NCBI GenBank assembly: GCA_951406725.2 | Contig: OX597823.1 | Coordinates: 30,628,001 to 30,692,000 of the forward strand | Direction of reading: 5' to 3' | DNA from: Octopus vulgaris | Taxonomy: Eukaryota | DNA: 64,000 nt | Part shown: in pieces, positions 25,861-36,469 of the stretch | How the letters are laid out: each line of letters begins with the position of its first letter | How positions within the stretch are numbered: the first letter of the stretch is position 1 | Translations under genes and position numbers: made by a program | Notes under the pieces: generated by a model | The model's input: the letters and a program-made list of their open reading frames with translations, nothing else | Databases searched by the model: none | What the model was told of the DNA's origin: nothing

Positions 25861-27222
25861 GTTACTTTCTAACCTCACAAGACTAAGGAGCCTCCTTGGC
25901 TGAGAGGGAAATGTCTTTATGCCAAGGGTTGAAAGGTTAAAGTATGACAGAGGAGACAGGAAAAGATTTGTTGTTGCAGAGAAGATACATGGTTCCACCC
26001 CACTAACATGTATAAGGGTGGGTAGGAGTAATTGGGTTGTAGCTGGAAAGAGAAGTAAAGATGGTGGTAACGAGGCATCAAAACATAGCCACTAGGCACA
26101 AAAGGGTTTAAAGAAGTGATCAAAGGGACAGACCAGGAAGGGTGGGTGAATAAAGATTGCAAGAGTGTGGATGGGCACTGGGAGCTGATTAGATGGAGCT
26201 AGGTGTAGGGGTGAATGCTGAACAAGAGTAGAGGAGAAAATTGGAGGAAGAGGAATAGAAGTGGACGCTTGCCCTAGTGGACAGGGTGACCAAAGTTTTT
26301 GTTGACTTTCCACAAGTAGCCATCAGAAATCTGTCCCCTTTTGGAGAATTTTTCTATACTTGAAAATTTAGGGTTTTTTTTTTTTTATTTCCCTTGGTTA
26401 CACATTTTTTATGAAATACCACACTATCATTCAGTACTTTCATCAATTGTTTTGTTAACCCTTGTGGTTAATAAAGAAAACGTTGTTGTTGTTGTTCTTC
26501 TTCTTCTTTCACTTGAAAAGGAAGTTGAGGGTGGAGAGGAAAGTGTTGCCTTGTAGCAAGTTTGTTGAAATGTGGGTGAATGTTGGAAGAATAGCCAATG
26601 TGAAAGGACCAATTCTGAGTGTGCACCTGTATAAAAAAAAAAGAGCTCTTGCCCTGTTATTTAGGCACCCATGGCTTTTGTGGGGTTTTCCACGAGGACC
26701 TTCAAGCACCTCCCCTATTGGAAGTTTTAATTTAATTTCTAATTGTTATTTATATTATTTACACGTTGTAAAACCCATTGTCCTCTCAATACATGGCTAC
26801 GATGCTCCCCCACTACTTCTGCTTGGGATCAGAGATGCACATATTGTCAGCCACTAAGGGACATGCTTAACCGATTAAAGTCAAACAACAGACAAGCAAA
26901 TCTGTGGTATTGAGCAGAATATTTGCTGAGGTCCATCTTTTATACCAAGACAAAACTATGTACATGATAACACTTCCAATCAGTCAAGATCCAAAGCCAT
27001 GAGAGCCACTGCCTGCTACCGCATCAGGGCATTATTATTATTATTATTTTTATCATTATTATTATTATTATTATTGTTATTATTATTATTATTATTATTG
27101 TTAGTATTCTCATCATCATTGTTGCCATTGTTGTTATTAACTATTGTTGTTATTAATTATTGTTTTGTGTGTAAATAACCTTTGATTAAATGATTGCATT
27201 TTTATTTCTGATGTTGTTGCAG

Positions 27223-27333
27223 TATGTGGTGCCATTATACTGGTCGGTGTTGTGATCCTAGGAAAATTGTTTATATCTCGGGACCTGAGACGGCCTCCAC
27301 AACCTACACATGCCTGTTTTCAAACTTGTTCTG
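27223..27333 (+). CDS. Internal coding exon (phase 1-1) of a single-pass membrane protein with PY motifs
   Basis: Acceptor ttgttgcag| and donor |gtatga; 111 nt; reads CGAIILVGVVILGKLFISRDLRRPPQPTHACFQTCS (hydrophobic segment then basic residues) and joins in frame to 31078. Confidence 0.75.
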
Positions 27334-27825
27334 GTATGAATCTAATGAATTTTCTATCTTTCATTCAATAATTGTTTTCTCTCTTTTGTTTCTTTCTTTA
27401 TTTTTATTCTTACTCAAGCAATTTTGTTTGAGTTGAAGGGGACATGTTCATCGCTTTTGTACACCTTCCCAAGCTATGGAGGTAAATGATGGCCATGTCA
27501 GACTTATTGCTCTGCAAGTTGGTGCCTGTCGAGAATACAAAAGCAGGGAAAGGGAAAAAGTTTTGTGGAAAGAAGTACTGGGATGGAAGGATTAAGAGGA
27601 AGGCTGAACCACTTCTCTTATATTGCCCTTGTAACTTGAGGGTATGTTCTGATACCTCTGTACCATATTCTCTTCTTTTCCAACAAGAGTAGCCATGTAT
27701 CTCCTCTGCTGCAAGACACCTGTTTTTATCCCCCTGTCATACTTGGCATCACTTGGCATAAAGCCACCTCACTCAATGCTGCTCCCCACCCCTCAGTTGA
27801 AGGGTCTTGTCTTGCAAGTTACTTT

Positions 27826-28050
27826 ATGCCAGTGCTACATTAAAGGCACCCACTGCACTGGTTGGTGTTAGGAAGGGCATCCAGCTGTAGAAACCATGAC
27901 AAAGCAGACAAATGGAGAACAGTGCAGGCCGCTGGCTAATCAGCTCTGTCAAACTGTCCAATCAGCTCAAACTGCCAAACTGCTCAATCAGCTCCTGTCA
28001 AACTGTCCAATCCATGCCAGCATGGAAGACAGATATTTAGTGGTGATGAT
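27826..28050 (+). mobile_element. Family D repeat fragment
   Basis: TAGGAAGGGCATCCAGCTGTAGAAAC..CATGCCAGCATGGAA. Confidence 0.7.
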
Positions 28051-28142
28051 AGTGTTTGGTTCCACTGTGAGGATACTTAGGAAGAGCATGGCGGATTAAT
28101 CAAGAAGGTATGGATAAAGAGAGGTTGGTGAATAAGGAGGGT

Positions 28143-28511
28143 TTAACCCTTTCATTACTGTATTTATTTTGAGATGCTCTGTGTTTATTTCAATTACTTT
28201 AAATATAACATAGAATTTAGTAAAATAACTTAGTTATCATTAAGCTAGTGTTAGGAACATAAATTGTGACTAAGGTTTGGTGGAAGATTTTAATTCAAAA
28301 CTTATGAAAACAAGATAGTTGTACCAGAGCCTGAGCTGGTTTCAGCTAGGTTGGTAATGAAAGGGTTAAGCTAGTGTTAGGAACATAAATTGTGACTAAA
28401 GTTTGGTGGAAGATTTTAATTCAAAACTTATGAAAACAAGGCATTTGTACTCAGAGCCAGAACTGGTTTCAGCCAGGTTGGTAATAAAAAGGGTTAAGCT
28501 AGTGTTAGGAA
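28143..28511. mobile_element. Family F MITE with tandem 3'-half duplication
   Basis: TTAA at 28143, internal 28240, 28366 and 28494; same architecture as 18757-19240. Confidence 0.85.
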
Positions 28512-28859
28512 TGTTGATGGTGGAGGTGTATACAGCAGTTCAATTCCCATGTAAAACTTCATTCACTAACAAGCATTGTTGACTTTGTGCAGATGCATCA
28601 TGTAATCTGCTCTTCATTCAGAGCAAGAATTCCTTCTATTATCAATGCTACAGAAGAACTGACCACCCCCCATGCGAGCATGGTGAAATGTATGTTAAAA
28701 TTGTAATGCTGGTGGTGAGGTGAATGCTAGTAGTAGTGGCTGAGGGGAAAGGGAGTGATGACTGGCAGTGCAGAAAAGGTGAGAGCAGCAAAATAATACA
28801 ATAAGTGGAGGAGGCATAAGAGATAAGGAAATGGGATTTGGGGTCGGTAATGTTTCAAG

Positions 28860-29340
28860 GGTGCCTTGTATAGTTCTCTACTGCATCAATTTTTCCAGTC
28901 TTTCCAAGCCTGTCTCCTTGGTTTTATGGCTACAATTACATTACCCATTGATCTAACTGGAACATTGCACCAGCCATGGATTTGATCCTTAGCCATCAGT
29001 AGGTTGTCCTGTAAGGACTTCCAGCTGTTATGTATCTTCTCCTCCTCCTCCTCATCATCATCATCATCAAATACCTCAACTAGTGTTTCTGTCAATTTCT
29101 GACTCTTCAATAGACCTTTAAAACTTCTCGTCCTCCTTTACCAGGCTGGTTTGCATCTCTGAAACTTATCCAGCTCTAAATCTGAAATCACTAATCACTA
29201 ACCTATACTGTGCTATACATTCTTCACCAGAGAAAGACTTGCATTTACAGCCATCTGTCTGTCCCATTTCCTAGAGAAAGTGTAGTCAATCTGACTTCTG
29301 TGTTCACCAGATTGATGGATGATCAGATGGCTGGCTGGCT
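28860..29340 (-). mobile_element. RTE-like LINE fragment (endonuclease/linker region, decayed)
   Basis: Minus-strand peptide remnants such as SQIDY, WKSLQDNLL..DQIHGW and RRQAWKDWKN resemble RTE ORF segments. Confidence 0.5.
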
Positions 29341-29361
29341 GGCTTCCTGATGTTAATGCAA

Positions 29362-29530
29362 CAAGCTAGCAGAAACATTAGCACACCAGGTGAAATGCTT
29401 AGCAGTATTTCTTCTGTCTTTATGTTCAGAGTTCAAACTTCGCCGAGGTTGACTTTGCCTTTCATCCTTTCGGGGTCGATAAATTAAGTACCAGTTAATT
29501 TTGGACCTTGTGCCTAGATTAGAAAAGGAT
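29362..29530 (+). mobile_element. tRNA-related SINE (family B)
   Basis: GCTGGCAGAA..GAAATGCTTAGC..GAGTTCAAA..GACTTTGCCTTTCATCCTTTCGGGGTCGATAAATTAAGTACCAG; >10 copies in the window. Confidence 0.8.
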
Positions 29531-29713
29531 GTTAATGTTGCAGATCAACAAATCATTTGCATCCCAGAACTCCAGCAGCTTTGTTCCATCTCCATTCCAA
29601 GAACCAGTGCTCTAACCTCTGCACACACAATGGAATCCATCAGTGTGCTACATATACACATTTATAAAAACATAGCTACTTATGTGTGTAACATGTGAAG
29701 AACAGAGTCAGTG

Positions 29714-29860
29714 ATTATTATTTACATTTGACAGATATTTATCCTCATCTTGTTTATTGTTAACACGTTTCGGATGATATACCCTCCAGCCTTCATCAGG
29801 TGTCTTGGGGAAATTTTGAACCTGGGTTCTCATCCCTAAGGTATTTTTTGATGTTGTTGT
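29714..29860 (-). mobile_element. Family E fragment with hammerhead motif (29762-29804)
   Basis: Reverse complement reads GACAC CTGATGA A GGCTG..CATCC GAAAC GTGTT. Confidence 0.8.
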
Positions 29861-29864
29861 TGAA

Positions 29865-30391
29865 GCACCCCTACTCGGCTCAAAACAATATCTGTGTATC
29901 GAAGTTCCCTTGTTCGAAAATATAAGGACACAGGTCGTGTCGTATAGCCAACTGGAGATGATGTCTCCTGCAGCTAAATCACAGCAACATTCGTCCTAAA
30001 CCAGGACTGCCATGTTATGTTGGCAAACTATCTTTACTACAAAGTACTGTTGCTGAATATCTCTTGTTGTGAGATTTAAAAATAGTAATTTTCTAATTTA
30101 TAGAGCAATGACTAGTTGTCACTTTGAAAACTATATATTTCAAATGGAAATTTGGCAGCGCCACTTCTAGTCAAATAATTATTCAGTACTGATGAAGAGA
30201 AATAACCCAGAAATCGCAATACACAGATATTGTTTTGAGCTGAGTCGGGGTGCTAGATTCCATTGTTCAAAAATATAAGGACACAGATCGTGTCGTATAG
30301 CCAGCTGGAGACGATATCTCCTGGGGCTAAATTACAGCAACATTCGTCCTAAACCAGGACTGCCATGTTATGTTGGCAAACAATCTTTACT
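29865..30391. mobile_element. Family G composite (two direct copies plus a 34-bp inverted segment)
   Basis: Direct copies 29910-30038 and 30262-30391; 29865-29898 is the inverted repeat of ~30220-30255; CTGATGAAG..GAAA relic at 30189-30213. Confidence 0.65.
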
Positions 30392-30501
30392 CCATATATT
30401 TTTTTTATATATATTCTTTATTTGGATTATACCGGTGGACTTAGATGTTTGACATCCCTTTGAAGGATTTCAGTTCTCACCTCAGCCGCAGCTCTGAGCT
30501 G

Positions 30502-30557
<56 letters not shown>

Positions 30558-30560
<3 letters not shown>

Positions 30561-30927
30561 GGTGACCCAAAAGTAGGTGAACTGTAGGTTGAATAGGGTT
30601 TGTGTTAGGGTTATATTATAACCTGTGTTGATAAAAATTTTCAGTGCTTTTGTATTGTATTGTTGTATACAATAAAATTTAATTGTATATGTAATAATCG
30701 TTTATCAAAATTTAATTGTATTAGTATGTAATCTCGAAATAAGGGCAGCTGCATCGAACTCTGTCATGCACCAAATGGCAATTGCTAAAAAGCATTCGTG
30801 AAGTAAAATCATGTAGCAACACCAAATGGCGGTGCCCCAGCATGGCCACAGCTCGTGAGCTAAAACTAGATAAAATAAAAAAATAAAATAAATAAATTTA
30901 CAGTCCACCTACTTTTGGTTCATCTTG
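30558..30927. mobile_element. Tc1/mariner-type MITE with a nested LINE 3' end
   Basis: TA|CAGGGTGACCCAAAAGTAGGT ... ACCTACTTTTGGTTCATCTTG|TA; insert at ~30733-30895 ends GGCGGTGCCCCAGCATGGCCACAG..(TAAAA)n. Confidence 0.75.
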
Positions 30928-31077
30928 TATATACTCTGCTTTATGTATTGACTTGCCATTCCCCCTATAAAATCAAACATCTCTGTATACATACACACCT
31001 GTTTGTTAATAAACTCCGTGCTCCTTCTCACATCAAATTCACTTATGCCCCACAATTTTCCTTTCTTCTCCTTTCAG

Positions 31078-31325
31078 TGGTTTACACACACTCTCAAGAC
31101 CAAATTAGCCCGGTGTTTATGGATCCTCCTCCAGCCTACGACACAATAGCTTACGAACCGCATCCAAATATTGGCTTAATCGACCTAGGACGTTCTACCA
31201 CGTCGGACACTATTCTCACCACTGTGGACATTCACCGTGACGGCAGGGCTGTTATCTTGCAACCTCCCAAGTATTCTGATGTAGCCACACCGTTGCCTTC
31301 CTATGAATCGGTCACTGCTGAGTGA
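31078..31325 (+). CDS. Terminal coding exon of the PY-motif membrane protein (Nedd4-family WW-binding adaptor-like)
   Basis: Long polypyrimidine tract and cag| acceptor, phase 1; encodes VYTHSQDQISPVFMDPPPAYDTI...QPPKYSDVATPLPSYESVTAE*; CpG-richer than flanks. Confidence 0.85.
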
Positions 31326-31407
31326 CATTGCAGCCTTCATACACCTCTCTTTTTCTTTTCTTTTCTTTTTTTATTTTCATAAATTATTATCATTATCATT
31401 ATTATAT

Positions 31408-31598
31408 AAGGTAATGAGCTGGCAGAATTGTGGCATATCTTTTGGCTTCATGTTTCTGAGTTCAAATTCTGCCAAAGTCAGCTTTGCCTTTCATCCTATT
31501 GGGGTTGATGAAATAAGTACCAGTTGAACACTGGAGTTTATCTCATCGATTTACCCTCTCCCTAAATACGCTGGCCTGGTGCCAAAAAATAAGAAAGC
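31408..31598 (+). mobile_element. Family B SINE
   Basis: GAGTTCAAATTC..CTTTGCCTTTCATCC..GGGGTTGATGAAATAAGTACCAG. Confidence 0.75.
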
Positions 31599-31868
31599 AT
31601 TTTTTTGTTTTTTTCTTTTTTCACATTGCCACAATCAATACTGACACGCACAGTTTTCAGTGAAGTAAAAAAAAAAAACAAACAAACACAAAGGCAAAAC
31701 ATTAGCAAAACAAAAGCAAACCTTTTTTTTTATTTAAATTTTATAATTTATTATAATTTATTAGCATCAGTACCAAATAACAACCACCTCTTTTCAAAAT
31801 TGCTGGCCTTGTGCCAAGACAGTTTTGATACCATCATCATTATCATCATCATTATTATCATCCAAATT

Positions 31869-31906
<38 letters not shown>

Positions 31907-32188
31907 TAAGATGTTTCAAAACGGTTTCATGCCAGATTCTACTTATTATTTTCTATTGTCCATTCCGCAGGAGTAGTTTCGTTTAGACAAAACCAAAGGA
32001 GAAGCTGCCATATTATTCACAGACTCACAACTAATCTAGCAGGAAATATCTTTTAGAACACAAACTCTATCCAACCGAGTTTTCTTAAAGTTATTTTTAT
32101 TATTATTTCGTTCCCTTTCTTTCTATTTATTTTGATTGCTTTTTTTTTCCAAAGTACCGATCACATGTTGTATGATAGTATATACATT

Positions 32189-32415
32189 GAAGCCCGTCGT
32201 GTATATATGTGTGTGTGTGTGTGTTTGTCCTCCACCATCGTTTGACAACCGATGTCGGTGTGTTCACGTCCCCATAACTTAACAGTTCAGCAAAAAAAAA
32301 CCAATAGAATAAGTATTAGGCTTACAAAGAATAAGTCCTGGGGTCAATTTGTTCCACTAAAAGTGGTGCTCCAGCATGGCTGCAGTCAAATGACTGAAAC
32401 AATTAAAAGAATAAA
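32189..32415 (+). mobile_element. Family A SINE, 3' part
   Basis: Homologous to 8630-8876. Confidence 0.8.
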
Positions 32416-32579
32416 TGTATGTATGTGTAATGTCCTGATCATTGTGTCTTGTAATGGTCATATTAAAGGTCAAATTAGGTGTATTTGTATTTGAGTGGAC
32501 AAGACTAGAGTAAATGCCCAGCCATTGAAGCTTGAAATTATCATTAAATGACAGTGTCCTATGACTGACATTGTAAAAC

Positions 32580-32832
32580 GATGACCACCCCCTGAGAACA
32601 TGTGTCTGAACAGTAATATTTAAAATGGCCACTCTGAGATCATCCTTTGAGAATGAGTCAGAGCACTGATTCCTGAAGTGGCCCTCCCTGGAAAATGTGT
32701 CTGAGCACTTATGTTCGAAGTGGTCATCCCTAGAGCAATGACATTTAAAATGGCCTTCTCTATAGAATGTGTCTGGACACTGATGTTTGAAGTAGCCAAC
32801 TCTGGAGCAATGATGTTTGAAATGGTCACACT
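32580..32832. repeat. Degenerate 30/42-nt minisatellite
   Basis: Recurrent AGCAMTGATGTTTGAARTGGCCA.YCT unit with an optional AGAATGTGTCTG insert. Confidence 0.7.
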
Positions 32833-33480
32833 TTATGCTGGACGCTTTATACAGAAGTTGAAAGGTGCTTTTTATTTTCTCCCATTTTCTCTGTCAGCAG
32901 TTTGAATTATATTTTCACCTAGAGCAGTAAAGCAGAGGACAAAATGCTTGATTCCAAATTCAACCAAGGTCAACTTTACCTTTCATATTTCTGGGATTCA
33001 TAAAACAAAATACCAGTAACGTACTGGAATCAATATTATTACCATGCCCTCCTTATCAAATTTGTGGCCTTGTATCTCTGCTGGAAATCAATGTTTTCAC
33101 TTCTGATGAGGACAGTGAAGATAATCAATTCAATAGAACATCGAAGAACCTTGCCAAAGGAAAGAGTCCTGGCTGATAAAGGACTCCTTTTCTTTGTCAT
33201 GACACGGCCACTGCCATCAGTATTTACTTAATTCTGAAATCTTGCCAATATGACCACCACAACTGTCCCTGTGCTTATATTAACAGTATTAGACTGGACT
33301 GGACAAATTTAAGAATGTAGTTATATATTTCTTGCCATACTTTTGAAACACTTTTGAAATTAAAACTCTTTGGGAAAAACAAAGAAGTTAGACAAACAAA
33401 TCTGGAAATAATATATTTCTAAATCTCTCAGAGAGATTTATGCATTAGCAGCATGATAAAGTGATAGCATGTTGTCGGCT

Positions 33481-33570
33481 TAATGTGACATTCCCATGAA
33501 AGGGAAGAATGCTACTGTTTCCCTGGGCTAAATAACAGTAGCATTCTTCCCTTTTATGGGACTCACATTA
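33481..33570. repeat. Near-perfect inverted repeat (28-bp stem, 14-nt loop)
   Basis: 33492-33519 pairs with 33534-33561 with one G-U; outer TAATGTGA/TCACATTA also pairs. Confidence 0.9.
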
Positions 33571-33680
33571 AAAAAATCTGGGTTTCAAATTTATTGGATC
33601 TTCTTCAGCTTCACTTTAGTTAGAACAAGAAATCTCTATAAGTCAGATGTGTGTGTTTGTGTCTGTATAAATATATATAG

Positions 33681-33711
<31 letters not shown>

Positions 33712-33713
33712 CA

Positions 33714-34040
33714 CTTCGTTTTTGGATTTGGTTTGCAAGATTCTTTATATGAGCTCGTGTGTTGAAGCATATTTTGTTGTGTCCGGAGTGAATCATTCTC
33801 TTTTAGCAACTTATTATTCAACACATTCACCGGTGAAGTTTCCACTCATTTACTTATATATTTTTCCTAAAATTTTCATTATGTTTTGCAACCTTTCTGA
33901 AATGACTATTGAAAAGGTTGCAAGACACAATGAAAATTTGCAGAAAAAATAAATAAGTAAATGAGTGGAAACTGATCCGGTGAGTGTGTTAAATTATAAG
34001 GCTCTAAAAGAGAATGACTCTCCCCAAGCACAACAATATA
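33714..34040. mobile_element. Family I head-to-head inverted pair (~125-bp arms)
   Basis: 33770-33897 is the approximate reverse complement of 33912-34040; homologous to 6507-6697. Confidence 0.75.
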
Positions 34041-34959
34041 TATTAAACAAAAGTTATCTAAGAGAAGTAACTATGAGTGGCTGGTGGCATGTATTTGAAC
34101 AACAAAGACAAATAAGGATATATTATATTCCATATATTTTTGATTTTTGAAATTATCTCTGTTTCCGGAGAAGGTAGAAGAAATGCTTGGAGGTACTGGG
34201 GGTGGGGTGGAGGCCTATGTGAAATAAAAAGGGGAGATAATATCAAGAATTAAAAATTCTACAAAATTGACATGTCATTAAGAAAAAAGTTTGATTGTTT
34301 AGATATAAGAGAGCAGCTGTTGACACATCTTTCTGTCTCTATAGGCATCATCAGCACAGCATGTGTATGTATGTGTATCCCAAGAGACTTTGATAACTAA
34401 AATTTGATACAAATAGTGAAAATATTAGTTTGTAACTAAAGGGAAAGGCCAGAAATATATAGAAAGTGAAAGGAGATTATGTAGTTTTCATACTTTTCTC
34501 AGTGGTATATGTATACATATATAAAGGTATAAATGGTAGAGCTGTGGCATAAATGCATCACTATTTAGTTTCATCTCCCTAGATTCTATGTTCGATTTTT
34601 GCCAGGGTTAATTTCACCTTTAATCCTTCCTAGATTCAATTTGATTAACTTTATCACCTGTATTGTAAAGTTCAGTCTTGTGTGTAATGAACATAATTTG
34701 TAAGTGGAGAGATTTTACCTCAACTGGGAATTGAACTAGATATGTTTAGTGTTTGCCTTCTGTTCTTGAGTTCTTCAACTCAGCAGAAAGTGGAAAATAT
34801 TTATTTCTTAATAATTCAGGTTGTGCCACAAGCTTTGGAACTCTTTCAAGTTGGTTTATTTTCTTTAAATTTTCTTTTTGACTGTTGGTAGTTTAAGATT
34901 TCAGACAGTTTATCATGTTCTAGCCAAAGAACACGAAATTTCAGTAATAAAGAGAGCGT

Positions 34960-35001
<42 letters not shown>

Positions 35002-35176
35002 GAAAATTGTCTAGAATAATCCTTAAGTTTATCCAGTGGTGTGAAAACTCCAAGAATTTTATGTATCACCGAATAAGTTTATCACTCAGTCCTCTCTCAC
35101 TCTATTTATATATATGTGTGTGTGTTTATATATATGTATGTATATAATATGTATATATAATGTGTGTATGTATACA

Positions 35177-36190
35177 CAGGGTGCATCAGTTTTTTGAGGT
35201 CATTTGTATGAATTTAGAAAAATTCAAATAGGTCATCAAAGAAAAACTGTATTTGAAAACAAATTAGTACAAATAATCTTGAGGATCGCATTATCACATC
35301 TATTTAATGAATCCATTGTTAGCATCAATGGCTGCTTCAATACATGGCCAGAAGCATTGGCATTGCTAGGAACTTAATATGCATGACTGTTGGAATCTTG
35401 TTCCAGTCTCTGCATAACCATCTGTCATTTTTTTTGGTTGAGCTTTTGATCCTGATTGAAGTTTTTCTTGTCATGGAAAACCCAAAGCATTTGAGCCTCT
35501 TGGTGTTATAACCTGTGTAGCAAGCACTTTGCATGGATCACTCAAATCTCTCATGTCAAATCCAACACAAACTGACCCCTTCGTATCACATACAACTTGT
35601 ACCAGTTGCTCTTATGCACTACTCTTCTGATGGTGTATTCTGAAACCTTGAGGCCCTTTGCAATGGCTCTGATTAACTTTCTAGAAATTCTATCAATTAT
35701 TTCTTAGACTTTTTGTACAAAATTATGTGTTCTGATGTTGTTAGGACCCTGGCATGCATTTTACATTTAGCTGCTTCCAGCTCCATTTGAACTTAGACAG
35801 TGAAGGTTCAGGCAACTTTCAGGAAGCGAGCTATACACTGCATTTTTAAGGCAATAGTTACAGCATGCATTTTTATTTGTAAAGCAAGGCAACAAGCTGG
35901 CAGAATTGTTAGCACACCAGGTAAAATGCTTAGCAGTATTTCATCCGTCGCTATATTCTGAGTTCAAATTCCACCGAGGTCAACTTTGACTTTCATCTTT
36001 TTGGGGTCGATAAATTAAGTACCAGTTGAGTGCTGGGTTCGATGTGATCAACTGTCCCCCTTCCCTCAAAATCCAGGTTGTGTGCCTATGATAGAAAGGG
36101 TTATTTATTTGTAAAGTAAAGGAGAAAAAAAAATTAAGTTAGAAGAAAGAACTCTTGAAAAAGGTGTCCCTAAAAACCTGATGCACCCTG
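35177..36190 (-). mobile_element. Deleted Tc1/mariner element with a nested family B SINE
   Basis: TIRs CAGGGTGCATCAG/CTGATGCACCCTG; minus-strand transposase C-terminal relic IEAAIDANNGFIK*; SINE 35886-36104 flanked by a TTTATTTGTAAAG duplication. Confidence 0.75.
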
Positions 36191-36469
36191 TGTGTGTGTG
36201 TATGTGTGTGTAAGTATGTATGTAAGTACTCATGTATATTGTGTGTGTTGTGCAATGTATGCAGACAAATAATTACAAATTATATATTAAAAGTCAAATC
36301 CCACCAAGGTCACCATTGCCTTCCTTCCATCCTCCCTTCCTTCCTTCCAAGGGGTTAATCATGTATTATCAGTTGATCAGCCAAACTTTTTCAGTACACC
36401 ACCTCAAAACATTTCTAGCATTGTGCCTAAGTTAGAAATCATTATTATTATTAATATTATTATTATTGT

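Noticed and set aside
33103-33130. Isolated CTGATGA matches (also ~7571, 11939, 39220) as hammerheads
   Set aside because: No helix II followed by a GAAA/UH arrangement around them.
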